NCBI GenBank assembly: GCA_040386535.1
Contig: JAZKFH010000019.1
Span: 32,001 to 96,000 of the forward strand
From: Myxococcota bacterium
GTDB taxonomy: Bacteria > Myxococcota_A > UBA796 > SXON01
DNA: 64,000 bases
Reading direction: 5' to 3'
Part shown: positions 28,852 through 42,654 of the stretch, one piece after another
How positions within the stretch are numbered: the stretch's first letter is position 1
How the letters are laid out: every line of letters starts with the position of its first letter
Made by a program: the position numbers and the translations under genes
Notes under the pieces: model-generated
The model's database searches: none
What the model was told of the DNA's origin: nothing
Seen by the model: only the letters and a program-made list of their open reading frames with translations

Positions 28852-29535
28852 ATGATCGCCCTGCTCCCGCTCCTGCTCGCCTGCGGCACCGAACGTGGCC
28901 TGCGCGACGCGCCCACCGAGGTGACCTACGGCGGCTGGGTCTACGACAGCCTGCTGTACGAGGGCGTGTTCGCCGAGGGTACCCTCACGTTCACCGTGGG
29001 GGGCGACATCCTGGCGGAGCCGTCGGTCGCCGCCGAGCAGCCGTACGAGGGGTACGAGGGCTACTGGCTCGCGACGCTCCCGCCCAAGGCGCCGTTCGAG
29101 CTCCGGGTCGAAGGGGAGGGGGCGTACCCCACGGTCTGGGCGGGGGACACGCCGGGCGCCAACGGGACCTGGTTCCCCGGCGCCCTGTTCGCCGGAGGCA
29201 CGGTCGAGATCGACGCGCTGCTCGCGGGGCTCGTTCTTCCCGAGGGCGTCGCCCCGGGGGCCCTCGCGGAGGGCGCGATCCACCTGTGGGGGCGCCCCTC
29301 CGACGGCACCGATTGGGACTGCGCGGCCGTGAAGGTGAACGGCGTGGTGCCGCTCTGTTACGTGCTCGAAGAGGACGGCTCCCTCAGGCCGGTGGGCGAG
29401 GGGCCGTTCGACATGTTCTTCGCGTTCGATCTGCCGCCCGGCCAGGTCGTGTTGGAGGACGGCTTCGGCGGCGGAGAGGCCTGGACCGCCGTGGAAGGGG
29501 ACCTCGTGATGGCCTGGTGGGTGGTGCACGGATGA
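28852..29535 (+). CDS. Hypothetical lipoprotein
   Basis: MIALLPLLLAC; beta-rich; distantly similar in layout to the next gene. Confidence 0.7.
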   Translation: MIALLPLLLACGTERGLRDAPTEVTYGGWVYDSLLYEGVFAEGTLTFTVGGDILAEPSVAAEQPYEGYEGYWLATLPPKAPFELRVEGEGAYPTVWAGDTPGANGTWFPGALFAGGTVEIDALLAGLVLPEGVAPGALAEGAIHLWGRPSDGTDWDCAAVKVNGVVPLCYVLEEDGSLRPVGEGPFDMFFAFDLPPGQVVLEDGFGGGEAWTAVEGDLVMAWWVVHG

Positions 29536-30233
29536 TGTTCCTTCTCCTGTTCGGCTGCAATCCGCTGCCCAAGACCGTCACGATGACCGGCACCGTCGGG
29601 GACACGCCGTACGGCGGCGGGGGCGTCGTGGCCGGCGCGACGGTCGCGATCGAAGACGACGCGGGGGCCGTGGTCGACTCCCAGACCGCCGACGACGCGG
29701 GCGCCTTCACCGTGAGCGTGCCCGCGGGGGTGCCGTTCTTCGTGACCGTGTCCGCCGAGGGGCACGTGCCCACCGCGTTCTCGGGCACCGCCGGCGTCTA
29801 CGACTTCGCCGCGCCCGAGGGCTACCCCTGGGTGGCGTCCGACGCGTGGCTGGCCGAGCTGCGCACGGAGTTCGCCGCCTGCCCGAACGTAGGCGCGGCG
29901 GGAGCCGTGGTCGCGGGAGAGGTGCGGGGGAGCCTGCCCGGCACGCCTTACACCGACCTTCCATTCGTCCCGACCGGCAGCGCGCGCGCGTTCGACGTCG
30001 ACGGGACCGAGTACGCGGCCTGCTACCTCGACGACGAGGGGGCGTCGGTGGCCGACGGGACCCAGGTCGGCGACACCGGACGATTCGCGATCTTCGGGGT
30101 TCCGCCCGGGCCGATCGTGGTCGACGTTCGCTACGTCGATCCGAACGAAGACGAGCCGGTCCAGCTCTTCCGGTTCGTAGCGCCGGAAGCTGGTTTCGTC
30201 CCCATCTTCCCGGCGCTTGTGGAAGCGCTGTAG
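29532..30233 (+). CDS. Lipoprotein with carboxypeptidase-regulatory-like (prealbumin-fold) domain
   Basis: MMFLLLFGC; GTV..AGATV..TADDAGAF; G.FAIFGVPPG. Confidence 0.7.
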   Translation: MMFLLLFGCNPLPKTVTMTGTVGDTPYGGGGVVAGATVAIEDDAGAVVDSQTADDAGAFTVSVPAGVPFFVTVSAEGHVPTAFSGTAGVYDFAAPEGYPWVASDAWLAELRTEFAACPNVGAAGAVVAGEVRGSLPGTPYTDLPFVPTGSARAFDVDGTEYAACYLDDEGASVADGTQVGDTGRFAIFGVPPGPIVVDVRYVDPNEDEPVQLFRFVAPEAGFVPIFPALVEAL

Positions 30234-30410
30234 GGACGTCGCGGGGTCGGTCGAGCTCGATCGCCACGAGAAAGTCGTGTCTTGTGTTGATCTGTCGCGT
30301 GTTTTGAACTACGGTCGGCGCCGACGCGCAAACCGGTCGATCGACCAGGTCGCGCTCGCGAACCGCACCCCCCTTTTGCGCTCCTACAGCGCTGCCACCG
30401 GAGGACCCTC

Positions 30411-30719
30411 ATGGGCCAGATGATCACCAAGCCCGATGCCAACCCCATCGTCCTCGCCGCGGCGAATTTCTTCGTCCTCGGATTCGCGGGCTACTTCCTC
30501 GCCGGGCAGAAGAAGAAGGCGATGATCGCCGGCGCGGTGCTCGTCGGCTTGTGGTTCCTCTCGGGCTGCACGTTCTTCCTGCTCTCCCCCCTCGTCGTGA
30601 TCGCGAACCTCGTGTTCGCCTACGACGCGTACCTGATCGGCCAGAAGCTCCAGAGCGGCCAGTCGGTCGGCGAGAACGAGAACGGCCTCGAGTTCTTGAA
30701 CGCGATCTTCAAGGACTAG
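30411..30719 (+). CDS. Small membrane protein
   Basis: GGAGG RBS; 3 hydrophobic segments; typical codon usage. Confidence 0.75.
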   Translation: MGQMITKPDANPIVLAAANFFVLGFAGYFLAGQKKKAMIAGAVLVGLWFLSGCTFFLLSPLVVIANLVFAYDAYLIGQKLQSGQSVGENENGLEFLNAIFKD

Positions 30720-30728
30720 GTTCGACCA

Positions 30729-31760
30729 TTGCCGGCCTTCGCCGCAGCCATCGCCGAGAGTAACGATCTCTACGCCTGGCTGATCCGCGGGTTCGTCGAG
30801 TCCGGCTTGCCGGACCACACGCGCGGAGGCCGGGAATGGACCGCCACCGGCGCCCTGAACCTGGAGAATTTCATCCAGGAGCAGGGCGCGGGGGGCATCG
30901 GCCTCGAGTTCCGCGGGCAGGCAGTCGCCGACCCGTCACCCGAGGACGAGTACACCTACCAGGTGTCCGTGGTGCGCGGCCCCGAGGGCACCCAGATCGT
31001 GGTGCGCTGCGCGGAGACCCTGTTCCACCACGCGTTCGAGGTCAGCGAGCCCATCGAGGCGCTGGCCGGCCACATCCTGGGCCAGCTCCGCGCCCACAAC
31101 GACGCGTTCACGGCCTGGCGCGCCAAGGGTGGAGAGACCACCTACGCCCAGCGCGTCGGCATCCCCAACGTGAAGGGGACCACGTGCGATCGCGCCCTCG
31201 TCACCGTGCTGGAGACGCTCCGCCGCGCCAACCGGAGCGTGGCCGAGGGGCCGGCGAACAAGTGGTGGATCAAGGCGGGGGGCAAGGGCTCGGTCACGAA
31301 GATCGAGGCGGGCCTGGGTTTGGAGCCCGAGTACCGCACGAAGAAGGCGATGGTGCGGGTGTCCCCGGAGGATCTCGCGCACGCCAAGCGCCTTCGCGGC
31401 GCGGGCATGTTGCTCATCCTCTCCGGCCTGGCGTCGATGGGCTTCCTGGTGCTCGCCACCGCGTTCGCGGGGTATAATGTCTACACCCTCGGCACGCGCG
31501 GCATCACGTCGCAGCCGTGGCTGATGGCCAGCATGGTCGGCACCCTGGTGTTCGGGGGTGTGCAGATCTTCGGCGGGCTCCGGCTGCGGGCGCTCCGGAA
31601 CATGGGGCTGGTCCGGGTGCTCGCCATCCTCGGGATGCTGCCGTGCCTGGCACCGTGTTGCGGAGTTGGCATCCCGGTCGGCGCGTGGGTCCTCTATCTC
31701 CTCCACGATGACCGTAGCAGCAAGGTTTTCAGCGATCAGGGCTCCGTGCTGTCAGGTTGA
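30729..31760 (+). CDS. Hypothetical protein, soluble N-domain plus 4 C-terminal TM helices
   Basis: Open frame with GC3 bias; C-terminal PCC..GIPVGAW..L motif. Confidence 0.7.
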   Translation: MPAFAAAIAESNDLYAWLIRGFVESGLPDHTRGGREWTATGALNLENFIQEQGAGGIGLEFRGQAVADPSPEDEYTYQVSVVRGPEGTQIVVRCAETLFHHAFEVSEPIEALAGHILGQLRAHNDAFTAWRAKGGETTYAQRVGIPNVKGTTCDRALVTVLETLRRANRSVAEGPANKWWIKAGGKGSVTKIEAGLGLEPEYRTKKAMVRVSPEDLAHAKRLRGAGMLLILSGLASMGFLVLATAFAGYNVYTLGTRGITSQPWLMASMVGTLVFGGVQIFGGLRLRALRNMGLVRVLAILGMLPCLAPCCGVGIPVGAWVLYLLHDDRSSKVFSDQGSVLSG

Positions 31761-31785
31761 CAGAGGGGGTCTTTGCCGGTAGATG
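31757..31785 (+). promoter_or_regulatory. Candidate sigma70 promoter for glyQ-glyS-ppdK
   Basis: Perfect TTGACA (31757-31762), 17-nt spacer, TAGATG (31780-31785). Confidence 0.5.
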
Positions 31786-31808
31786 GTCGCCCCGTCGAGG
31801 TTCCGCCC

Positions 31809-32645
31809 GTGACCTTCCAGGACCTGATCCTGACGTTGCAGCAGTACTGGGGCCGCCAGGGCTGCGCAATTCTCCAGCCGTACGACAGCCCCATGGGCGC
31901 CGGCACGTTCCATCCCGCCACCTTCCTGCGGGCCGTCGGTCCTCGGCCCTGGCGCGGCGCCTATGTGCAGCCCTCGCGGCGCCCGGCGGACGCGCGGTAT
32001 GGCGAGAACCCCAACCGCCTGCACCAGCACCACCAGTTCCAGGCGGTGATGAAGCCCAGCCCGCCGGACGTGCAGCACCTCTACCTGGGGAGCCTCGCCG
32101 CGGTGGGCCTCAAGCTGACCGACCACGACATCCGTTTTGTCGAGGACGATTGGGAGTCGCCCACGCTCGGCGCGTGGGGCCTCGGATGGGAGGTCTGGCT
32201 CGACGGGATGGAGGTGACCCAGTTCACCTACTTCCAGCAGGTCGGCGGGATGGACCTGAACCCCATCACGGTCGAGCTCACCTACGGGCTCGAGCGGCTG
32301 GCGATGTACCTCCAGAAGGTCGACAACGTGTACGACCTCGAGTGGGTGTCGGGCATCTCGTACGGGGACGTGTTCCTCCGAAACGAGGTCGAGCAGTCGG
32401 CGTTCAACTTCGAGCAGGCGGATGTCGAGGGGCTCCTCGTGAGCTTCGAACGCAGCCGCGCCGAGTGTGAGCGGCTGGTGGGCCTCGGGTTGCCGCTGCC
32501 CGCCTACGATCACGTGTTGAACTGCTCCCACAGCTTCAACCTCCTCCAGGCGCGCGGCGCCATCAGCGTCGCCGAGCGCGCGCAGTACATCAAGCGGGTA
32601 CGCGATCTCGCTTGCCTGGTCGCCCGGAGCTACGCCGGTGTCTGA
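31809..32645 (+). CDS. glyQ: Glycine--tRNA ligase alpha subunit
   Basis: [48 protein letters not shown]. Confidence 0.97.
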   Translation: MTFQDLILTLQQYWGRQGCAILQPYDSPMGAGTFHPATFLRAVGPRPWRGAYVQPSRRPADARYGENPNRLHQHHQFQAVMKPSPPDVQHLYLGSLAAVGLKLTDHDIRFVEDDWESPTLGAWGLGWEVWLDGMEVTQFTYFQQVGGMDLNPITVELTYGLERLAMYLQKVDNVYDLEWVSGISYGDVFLRNEVEQSAFNFEQADVEGLLVSFERSRAECERLVGLGLPLPAYDHVLNCSHSFNLLQARGAISVAERAQYIKRVRDLACLVARSYAGV

Positions 32646-34658
32646 GCTGTTCATCGAGATTGGCACCGAAGAGCTCCCCGCGCACGCGGTGGGCCCCGCG
32701 CTCGAGGCCCTCGCCGCCGGGCTCGTCCGCATCCTCGGCGCCATCGAGCACGGGCGCATCCGCACGTTCGGCACGCCCCGGCGCCTCACCGTCGTCCTCG
32801 ACAGCGTGGGCCCCGCCCGCCCCGCCGTGGAGCGCCTCGTGACCGGGCCGCCGGTCTCCTCCGCGTTCCCGAACGGCGAGCCGGGCCCCGTGGCCGAGGC
32901 GTTCGCCAAGGCGCGCGGCGTGTCGGTGGATCAGCTCCTCCAGGTGGACGGGCCGAAGGGAAAGGTCATCGCGATCCGCCGCATCGAAGGTGGGGAGTCC
33001 ACCAGCGAGGTGATCGCCAAGGGCCTGGAGGAGGTGGTGCTCGGCATCCCCTTCAAGCGCTCCATGCGGTGGACAGAGGGGCCCGCCCGCTTCTTGCGGC
33101 CGATCCACTCCGTCTGCGCATTGCACGCGGGCCGGGTCATCGAGACCTCGGTGGCGGGAATCCTGACCGGCGGCCACTCCCACGGCCACTGGCTCTACGC
33201 GCCCGAGGCGTTTCCCGTCACGACGGCGGACGAGTGGCTCGAGGAGCTGCGGCAGCGCTACGTGCTCGCCGACATCGGCATCCGGCGCGCCATCCTCGTG
33301 CGCCAGCTCGAGACCCTCGCGGCTGAGCGCGGCGCCGACGCGACGTTCGACGCCGAGCTCGTCGAAGAGGTCGTGCAGCTCGTCGAGTGGCCGCGCGCCA
33401 TCGTCGGGCGCTTCTCCGAGAGCCTCCTGGAGCTGCCCCCGCGGCTGCTCGTGGAGTCGATGAAGAAGAACCAGCGCTACTTCCCGCTCTACCGGGACGG
33501 CGCGCTGACCCACGAGTTCCTCGTCGTAACGAACAATCCGTTCGGGGACGACGCGCTGATCGCCACGGGCAACGCCCGCGTGCTCGCCGCGCGCTTCCAC
33601 GACGCGAAGTTCTTCTACGCGGAGGACCGCAAGAAGCCCCTCGTGGAGCACGGCGCGAAGCTCGCCGGCATGATGTGGATCCGCGGGCTCGGGTCGATGG
33701 CGGAGCGCCAGACCGCGCTGGCCGAAGCCGCTGCCGGTGTGGCCGAGCTGATCGGGGCCGATCCCGCCGCCGCGCGCGAGGCAGGCCTGCTCTGCAAGAG
33801 TGATCTCACCACCCAGATGGTGGGCGAGTTCCCCGAGCTCCAGGGCCACGTGGGCCGCCTCCTCGCCGTGCTCGACGGCGCCTCGCCCGGAGTCGGGCTG
33901 GCGATCGAGGAGCACTACCTCCCGCGTTTCGCCGGGGACATCCTCCCCACGTCCGGGCCGGGGCGCGCCCTCGCGCTGGCCGAGCGCCTCACGCTGCTCG
34001 CGCGCGGCTTCGGGGCCGGCCTGCAGCCCAAGGGCAACGCCGACCCCATCGGCCTGCGCCGCGCGGCCATCGGCCTCGTCGCGCTCGTGCTCGACCTCGG
34101 CTGGCGCGGGCCCCAGGGGGAGCTCTTCGCCGCCGCCGGCGTCGCGGGGACCGACGATCTGTACGAGTTCGTGCTGGCGCGGCTGCGCGCCGCCCTCGCG
34201 GACGAAGCGCCGGTCGACATCGTCGATGCCGTGCTCGGCGCCCGCGGCAAGGACCACGTCGGCCCTGTGTCGGTCGACCTGACGTGGGCGGCCCGCCGGG
34301 TGCACGCGCTCGCCGCGCTGGTCAAGGCCGGCGAGTTCGGCCCCATCCGCATCGCCTTCCGGCGCGCGGCCGGCCTGGTCAAGGAGCACGGCTCCACCGC
34401 GTACAGCCTCGATCAACTCGGCGGGCCGCTGGGCATCGCGCTGCACGAGGCGCTCGAGGGCATGCCCGAGCACGCCGACGTGGGCTCGGCGCTCGAGGCC
34501 CTCGCGTCGCTCCGCCCGCACCTCGACCGCTACTTCGGTACCGGCGGCGTGATGGTCATGTGCGACGATCCCGTCGCGCGCGCCAGCCGCCTCGGGCTTC
34601 TCCGTTCCATCGTCGAGCGCTTCTCAGGCCTCGCCGACTTCACTCGCCTCTCGGGGGA

Positions 34659-34662
<4 letters not shown>
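32638..34662 (+). CDS. glyS: Glycine--tRNA ligase beta subunit
   Basis: [41 protein letters not shown]. Confidence 0.96.
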
Positions 34663-37316
<2,654 letters not shown>

Positions 37317-37352
37317 GGGCGCCCGCCCTCCCTCTCACGACCCGCGAGCAAC

Positions 37353-40300
37353 GTGAACCTCTCCCGCATCGCCTTCGCGCTCGTCCTCCTCGCCGGCTGC
37401 GTCAAGGACGCCCCCCTGCCCGACCTCGGCGCCTGCGCCGAGCCGCCGGCGGGGGTCTACGAGTACGGCCAGATCGGCATCGGCACCTGCCTGTCGGGTC
37501 CGAACGATCTGCTGTTCCTGGACGGTGGGCGCGTGCTGGCCGTGACCAACGCCAACCCGTGGAAGGACTTCACGGGCGGCTCGGCGTTGTTCCTCGACCT
37601 GTCCACGGTGGACTGGACGAAGGGGCGCAACGTGCTCCAGCCCGCCGAAGGGGGGGAGGGGGTCGCCGCGCGCGCGCTCGACATGCCCTCGTTCTCGGGG
37701 CCGATGGCCTACGCCCAGCCGCACGACACGCTGGTCGTCGCGAACCGCCTCTCCGAGGAGGGGCGCACCCGCAATGAGATCGACAACGTCTGGTTCGTGG
37801 ACGTGTCGGATCCCGACGCCCCCTCGTTCGCCGACCTCGGGCCGGACGGCCCGACGCTCCCCGTCGGCTACGACCCGGTGGCCGTGTACTACGCGGCGTC
37901 GACCGATCTCGCCTGGGTGATCAACCGCACCGCGCACACGCTCGGGATCATCGATCTCGGCGCCAGCCCCGCGGCGCTCGTGCCGCCCGGCGGCCCCACG
38001 CGGCTCGACCCCAGCGATTTCGTCGATACGGACGCGAGCGGGAGCCGCGCCGGCTTCGTCACGCTCGACACGGTCGAGGTGCCCGAGGGGGTCGACCCCG
38101 ACCGGATCGCCCACACGTGGAACCTCGACTGGAGCATCGGCTCCTTGCGCCTCTGGGTGCCCTCGGCGGACGGCGCGTACCGGGTCACCGGCAACGGCGA
38201 AACGCTCTGGGAGCGCAGCGCGGTGCCGGTGGATCTCGACCTCGCGGACGCTGACGGCGTGGTGCTCGCGGTGAACGACCCGCACTTCTTCCTCGAGGCG
38301 TACGACAACAGCGCGTACCTCTCCCGCGTCGTGTTCGAGGACCAGGGCGTCCTCCGCGCCGCCAACTCGCCCTTCTCGGGGGAGGTGTGGGACTGGGAGT
38401 CCTTCGCCCTGCTCGAGCCCTCCAACAGCGGGTGGGACACCGAGATCGGCGGCCCCTCGATGCTGGTCGAGGGCCCCACCTGGTACCTGTTCTACGACGG
38501 GGGATCCGGCGGCGAGCACGCCGTGGGCCTCGCGATCAGCACGGACGGCGAGACCTTCACGCGCGCGGACGCAGATCCCGTTTTCGCCGTCGACGGCGCG
38601 TCGGTGACCGACCCGTTCGTGTTGTGGGACGAGCAGGGCGCCCGCTGGCGGATGTACTACACGGTCGACAACGCCACGATCGGCGAGGCCACGAGCGAGG
38701 ATCTCGTGAACTGGACCGCCGGGGGGAGCTGGGCGCCCGAGGGCGGCGCGGTGGCTCCGGCCGTCGCCTACGTCAACGGCGCCTACCACCTCTTCTACTC
38801 GACCACCGGGGTCGACGGGGACATGCTCGCCGAGGCCGTGAGCCTCGACGGATCGACCTGGGAGGTGCTCGGCGCGCCGTTCGCGGTCGACGAGGACGCC
38901 GTGCTCACCGGCGGCGTGGCGATCCAGGCCTCCCCGGAGGACGCGTTCGTCCTCACCAACGAGGGCGGCGACACCCTCGCGCTCACGCTCACCCCCGGCG
39001 CGACCGCCTCGGTCCCGGCGGCCGGCTGGGAGGTGCGCGTAGCCGCGGGCCAGGTGGCCGATCCCGCCACGGTCGACGCGACCGGCATCGCGCTCGACAG
39101 CATCCACGCCGATCGCGCCTTCCTCACCTACACCGATGACGCGGGCCTGGCCGCCATCGGCACCGCCGAGATGCTCGGCGCGGCGGATCTCGTGCTGGAC
39201 GCGAGCCCGGTCCTCGAGGCCGGCGCCGGCGGCGATCACGACGCGGACGGCGTCTCCTCCGCGGTGGTGACCGAGATCGGCGGCGAGTGGGTGATGTACT
39301 ACGCGGGCCTCGCCGGCGAGGTCACGACGATCGGCCGCGCCACCAGCGCGGACGGACTCACGTGGACGGCGGACGCCGGCCCGCTCCTCACGGACGCCGC
39401 CGACTGGGAGTCCGTCGCGATGGAGCCCGGCAGCGTCCAGGTCCTGGACGACGGCACGATCCGGCTCTGGTACACGGCCTTCGACGGCTCGCGGTACCGC
39501 ATCGGGCTCGCCGAGTCGGTCGACGACGGCGCTACCTTCGCCCGCGTGCCCGGCACCCAGGGGTTCGACTGGATGTTCGAGGCCGGCGCCCCCGGCGACT
39601 GGTACGACAGCGGCGTGCGGCACCCCTACGTGGTGCGGGACGGCGACATCGATCGCATGTGGTTCGCGGGCACCGGCGGCACGAGCTGGCAGATCGGCTA
39701 CGCCGAACGTTCTGGGGACACCGCCGAGTGGGAGTCCGCCAGCACGCTCGAGGGCTCCGCGCGCCCGGTCCTCGCTGCCGCGCTCGGCGGCTTCGGCCTC
39801 GGGGGGGTGACCCGCCCGGTCGCCGTGCCCGACGGGAGCGGATGGAGCGTCTGGTACACCGGCCTGGACGGCGGCGGGGGCGACGGCGAGCTCGCGCAGG
39901 GGCGTGTCGGCCGCGCGGTCGGGAGCGTGCCCGATCGGCTCTACCGCGATCTTCGCATGCCGACGGACGCCGACACCTGGTCGTTCACGACCGTGCCGGC
40001 GCGCATCGGCGAGACGTTGAGCCTCGACCTCGCGGTCGACGGCGTGGCGGTCGCCGGCGGAGGCTGCTCGGCGCTCGCCGAGGACACCGATCGGGGCTTC
40101 CTCTACGTCGGCTGCAAGCTGGTCCCGTACGTTTACGTGATCGACATCCGCGACGACAGCGTGGGGGACTTCCAGGATCTCAACTACCTCGACGTCGAGA
40201 GCATCCTGCTGGTCGAGACGAGCACCGGCAGCTCCTCCGGCATGCGCTCGCTCGTGGTCGATCGGGACCGCGGCTGGTTGTGGGGCGTGGCCGACACGCC

Positions 40301-40742
40301 CGAGGCCATCTACGCGATCGATCTCGCCTTCGTCGTGGACGACGCGGACGCCGAGATCCTCCGCGAGCAGGTCGTCTCGATGCTCCCGCTCCCGCGCGCC
40401 GTCGAGCGCGACGAGGGCGTGTCGACCGAGTCCAACGTCGGCCCCGCGCAGCTCGCCTTCCACCCGGACGGCCGGCACCTGCTGGTCACCAACTTCAACG
40501 GGAACAGCGTCTCCGCCTATGACCTCGACGTCGGGGTCGCCGGTACGCTCGTCGCGCAGACGGAGGCGGTGGGAGAGAACCCCTACGCCCTCCGCATCTC
40601 GCCCGACGGCACGATCGCGGCGGTGGCGAACTACGCGGGGGAGGTGGACGGCGCGAACGTCGGCTCGACCATCGCGCTCCTCGACGCCGACCCCACGAGC
40701 CCCACCTTCCTCCAGGTCAAGACCTGGCTGGTGAACCAGTGA
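37353..40742 (+). CDS. Large lipoprotein: YVTN-like beta-propeller with inserted GH32/43/130-like propeller repeats
   Basis: LLAGC lipobox; repeated blades (WYLFYDG..VGLAISTDG, WVMYYAG..IGRATSADG, LWYTAFDG..IGLAESVDDG); YVTN-like LLVTNF, AVANY. Confidence 0.75.
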   Translation: MNLSRIAFALVLLAGCVKDAPLPDLGACAEPPAGVYEYGQIGIGTCLSGPNDLLFLDGGRVLAVTNANPWKDFTGGSALFLDLSTVDWTKGRNVLQPAEGGEGVAARALDMPSFSGPMAYAQPHDTLVVANRLSEEGRTRNEIDNVWFVDVSDPDAPSFADLGPDGPTLPVGYDPVAVYYAASTDLAWVINRTAHTLGIIDLGASPAALVPPGGPTRLDPSDFVDTDASGSRAGFVTLDTVEVPEGVDPDRIAHTWNLDWSIGSLRLWVPSADGAYRVTGNGETLWERSAVPVDLDLADADGVVLAVNDPHFFLEAYDNSAYLSRVVFEDQGVLRAANSPFSGEVWDWESFALLEPSNSGWDTEIGGPSMLVEGPTWYLFYDGGSGGEHAVGLAISTDGETFTRADADPVFAVDGASVTDPFVLWDEQGARWRMYYTVDNATIGEATSEDLVNWTAGGSWAPEGGAVAPAVAYVNGAYHLFYSTTGVDGDMLAEAVSLDGSTWEVLGAPFAVDEDAVLTGGVAIQASPEDAFVLTNEGGDTLALTLTPGATASVPAAGWEVRVAAGQVADPATVDATGIALDSIHADRAFLTYTDDAGLAAIGTAEMLGAADLVLDASPVLEAGAGGDHDADGVSSAVVTEIGGEWVMYYAGLAGEVTTIGRATSADGLTWTADAGPLLTDAADWESVAMEPGSVQVLDDGTIRLWYTAFDGSRYRIGLAESVDDGATFARVPGTQGFDWMFEAGAPGDWYDSGVRHPYVVRDGDIDRMWFAGTGGTSWQIGYAERSGDTAEWESASTLEGSARPVLAAALGGFGLGGVTRPVAVPDGSGWSVWYTGLDGGGGDGELAQGRVGRAVGSVPDRLYRDLRMPTDADTWSFTTVPARIGETLSLDLAVDGVAVAGGGCSALAEDTDRGFLYVGCKLVPYVYVIDIRDDSVGDFQDLNYLDVESILLVETSTGSSSGMRSLVVDRDRGWLWGVADTPEAIYAIDLAFVVDDADAEILREQVVSMLPLPRAVERDEGVSTESNVGPAQLAFHPDGRHLLVTNFNGNSVSAYDLDVGVAGTLVAQTEAVGENPYALRISPDGTIAAVANYAGEVDGANVGSTIALLDADPTSPTFLQVKTWLVNQ

Positions 40743-42631
40743 CCCGTCATCTGCTCCTTCCGGCGTCCCTGCTCGCCCTCGCGGGCTGCTCCGAGGGGCT
40801 CGACCGGATCCCCACCCACTTCGACGGGCCCATCGCCGCCGCCGTGCTCCCCGCTGACGAGGGCCCGTGGGAGGTCCCCGCGGGGTTCGTGGCGAACAGC
40901 CGGAACGGCGCCATCGTGCCGCTCGATCTGAAGATGGGGCGCCTCCTCACCGACGATCCGACCGCGTCCTTCCTGCGAAGCGCCGCGATCGCCACGGGGG
41001 AGGCCCGCCTGCTCTCCGACGTGGCCGTGGTCGCCGGGGCCGACGGCTCGGTCACCCTCTGGACCATCGACTCCGCGTTCGGGCAGCTCCTGCGCGCACC
41101 CTACGTGCTCTCGGTGGACGAGGACGGCTTCCCCGTCGAGCCGGAGCCCACCGCGACAGAGCCGGTGTTCGTGGACGCCGACAGCAGCGGAGACGCGCCC
41201 ACCATCAGCGATCTGGAGCTCCGCGCCGGCTTCACGACGACCGAGGACTGGAGCATCGAGTACGACGGCAGCCACTGGTGGGCGAAGGGGAGCCGGAGCG
41301 GGCAGCAGGGCAAGGAGCCCTTCTCCGGCCAGCGGTACCGCAGCGACAACCGCGAGGTCGAGTTCGACCTGGCGGGGGACGCGACAGAGGGCGACCGCTT
41401 CGAGTTCTCCACCGCCACGGGCATCCGCGAGTTCACGTTCGACGGCGCGGTCCCCACCGCGATCCACGCGCAGGGCGGCCGGGTGTACGTGTCCGTCGCG
41501 TCCGATCCGGGCCGCGTGGTCGTCTACGACGGCGTCACCGGCGAGGTTGTCGGCACCCTGGAGCTCGGCTCCCACGCGCTCGGCCTCGGCTCCCAGCCCG
41601 CGCGGATGAGCGGCGCGCCCGACGGGCGCCTGTTCATCGCGGACGCGGCGCTCGCCCAGGTGTGGGTCGTCCGCTTCGACCTCGATCTGGATCCGGCCAC
41701 CGCCGCGATCGAGGTCATCCCCGTCGCCGCGCCCGCGATCGACGTGGCGTGGCAGGGCGGGTACGACCGCAACGACGAGCCGTTCGACAACCTGTTCGTG
41801 GCGCCGGTCGCCGCGCTGCGGGTGGACGTGTGGGATCTGACCACCGGCGCCTGGCGCGATCCGAACCCGCTCACCCAGGACGCGGCGGGCGTGATCCTCG
41901 GGGCGCCCATCACCGGGCTCGGCGCGAGCGTCGGGAACGTGTCGCTTTCCCGCGAGACCACCTTCGGCGCCCACCCCAGCGTGCCGACGGTCGCCGTCGC
42001 GACCGCGGACGGATTCGTCTACATGCTCGAAGGGTCGGACGGCTGCGGCGTGTTCGACGCGACCGGCCCGTACGGCGAGAACACGCGCACGGACGACAGC
42101 GGCGACATCAAGATCCTGCTCGCCGACCAGGGCGACACGTCCGATTCCATGCTCTGGACCGACGACTCGACCGGCTTCCAGGTGGTCGCCTCCACCTGCG
42201 GCGGCGTGGCCCGCAGCGAGACCTGGTACGTCCAGTACGACAGCGCGACCCTCTCCTGGGAGGTCGAGGGCACGCTCTCCGGCGTCCAGATGGCCCGCGC
42301 GTACGACGGCGAGCGGTACCTCTCCGACAACGGCGCCATCTCGTTCACCATCGGATCGGGGCCGCTCCCGCCCACCCAGGGCGACCGCTTCGAGTTCAAG
42401 GTCGACGACGGCCTGCGCGTGTTCCGCGGGAGCGACGAGAACGAGGACGGCGAGGTTGTCGCGTGGGAGTTCCCCGGCCGCCCGGTGGGCTTCGAGACCA
42501 TCACCGGCCCCACGGGCGGCGGCTGGGATCCGGTCGACCGGCGCCAGTTCATGCTGCTCCCGGTGGTGAATACCGACCTCGCTGCGCGCCTCCACCTCGA
42601 CGCCGGCAAGGCCGAGGTGCTCTGGGAGTAG
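40739..42631 (+). CDS. Beta-propeller lipoprotein with duplicated ~60-aa beta module
   Basis: GTGA overlap; LAGC lipobox; two copies of W.I/V.YD..W..G..SG.Q....G.RY.SDN..F....T.GDRFEF. Confidence 0.75.
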   Translation: MTRHLLLPASLLALAGCSEGLDRIPTHFDGPIAAAVLPADEGPWEVPAGFVANSRNGAIVPLDLKMGRLLTDDPTASFLRSAAIATGEARLLSDVAVVAGADGSVTLWTIDSAFGQLLRAPYVLSVDEDGFPVEPEPTATEPVFVDADSSGDAPTISDLELRAGFTTTEDWSIEYDGSHWWAKGSRSGQQGKEPFSGQRYRSDNREVEFDLAGDATEGDRFEFSTATGIREFTFDGAVPTAIHAQGGRVYVSVASDPGRVVVYDGVTGEVVGTLELGSHALGLGSQPARMSGAPDGRLFIADAALAQVWVVRFDLDLDPATAAIEVIPVAAPAIDVAWQGGYDRNDEPFDNLFVAPVAALRVDVWDLTTGAWRDPNPLTQDAAGVILGAPITGLGASVGNVSLSRETTFGAHPSVPTVAVATADGFVYMLEGSDGCGVFDATGPYGENTRTDDSGDIKILLADQGDTSDSMLWTDDSTGFQVVASTCGGVARSETWYVQYDSATLSWEVEGTLSGVQMARAYDGERYLSDNGAISFTIGSGPLPPTQGDRFEFKVDDGLRVFRGSDENEDGEVVAWEFPGRPVGFETITGPTGGGWDPVDRRQFMLLPVVNTDLAARLHLDAGKAEVLWE

Positions 42632-42654
42632 GCGGCCGGCCCTCGACGAGGGCT

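Noticed and set aside
31760..31808. T-box riboswitch upstream of glyQ
   Set aside because: Only about 50 nt of leader, with no T-box motif or terminator
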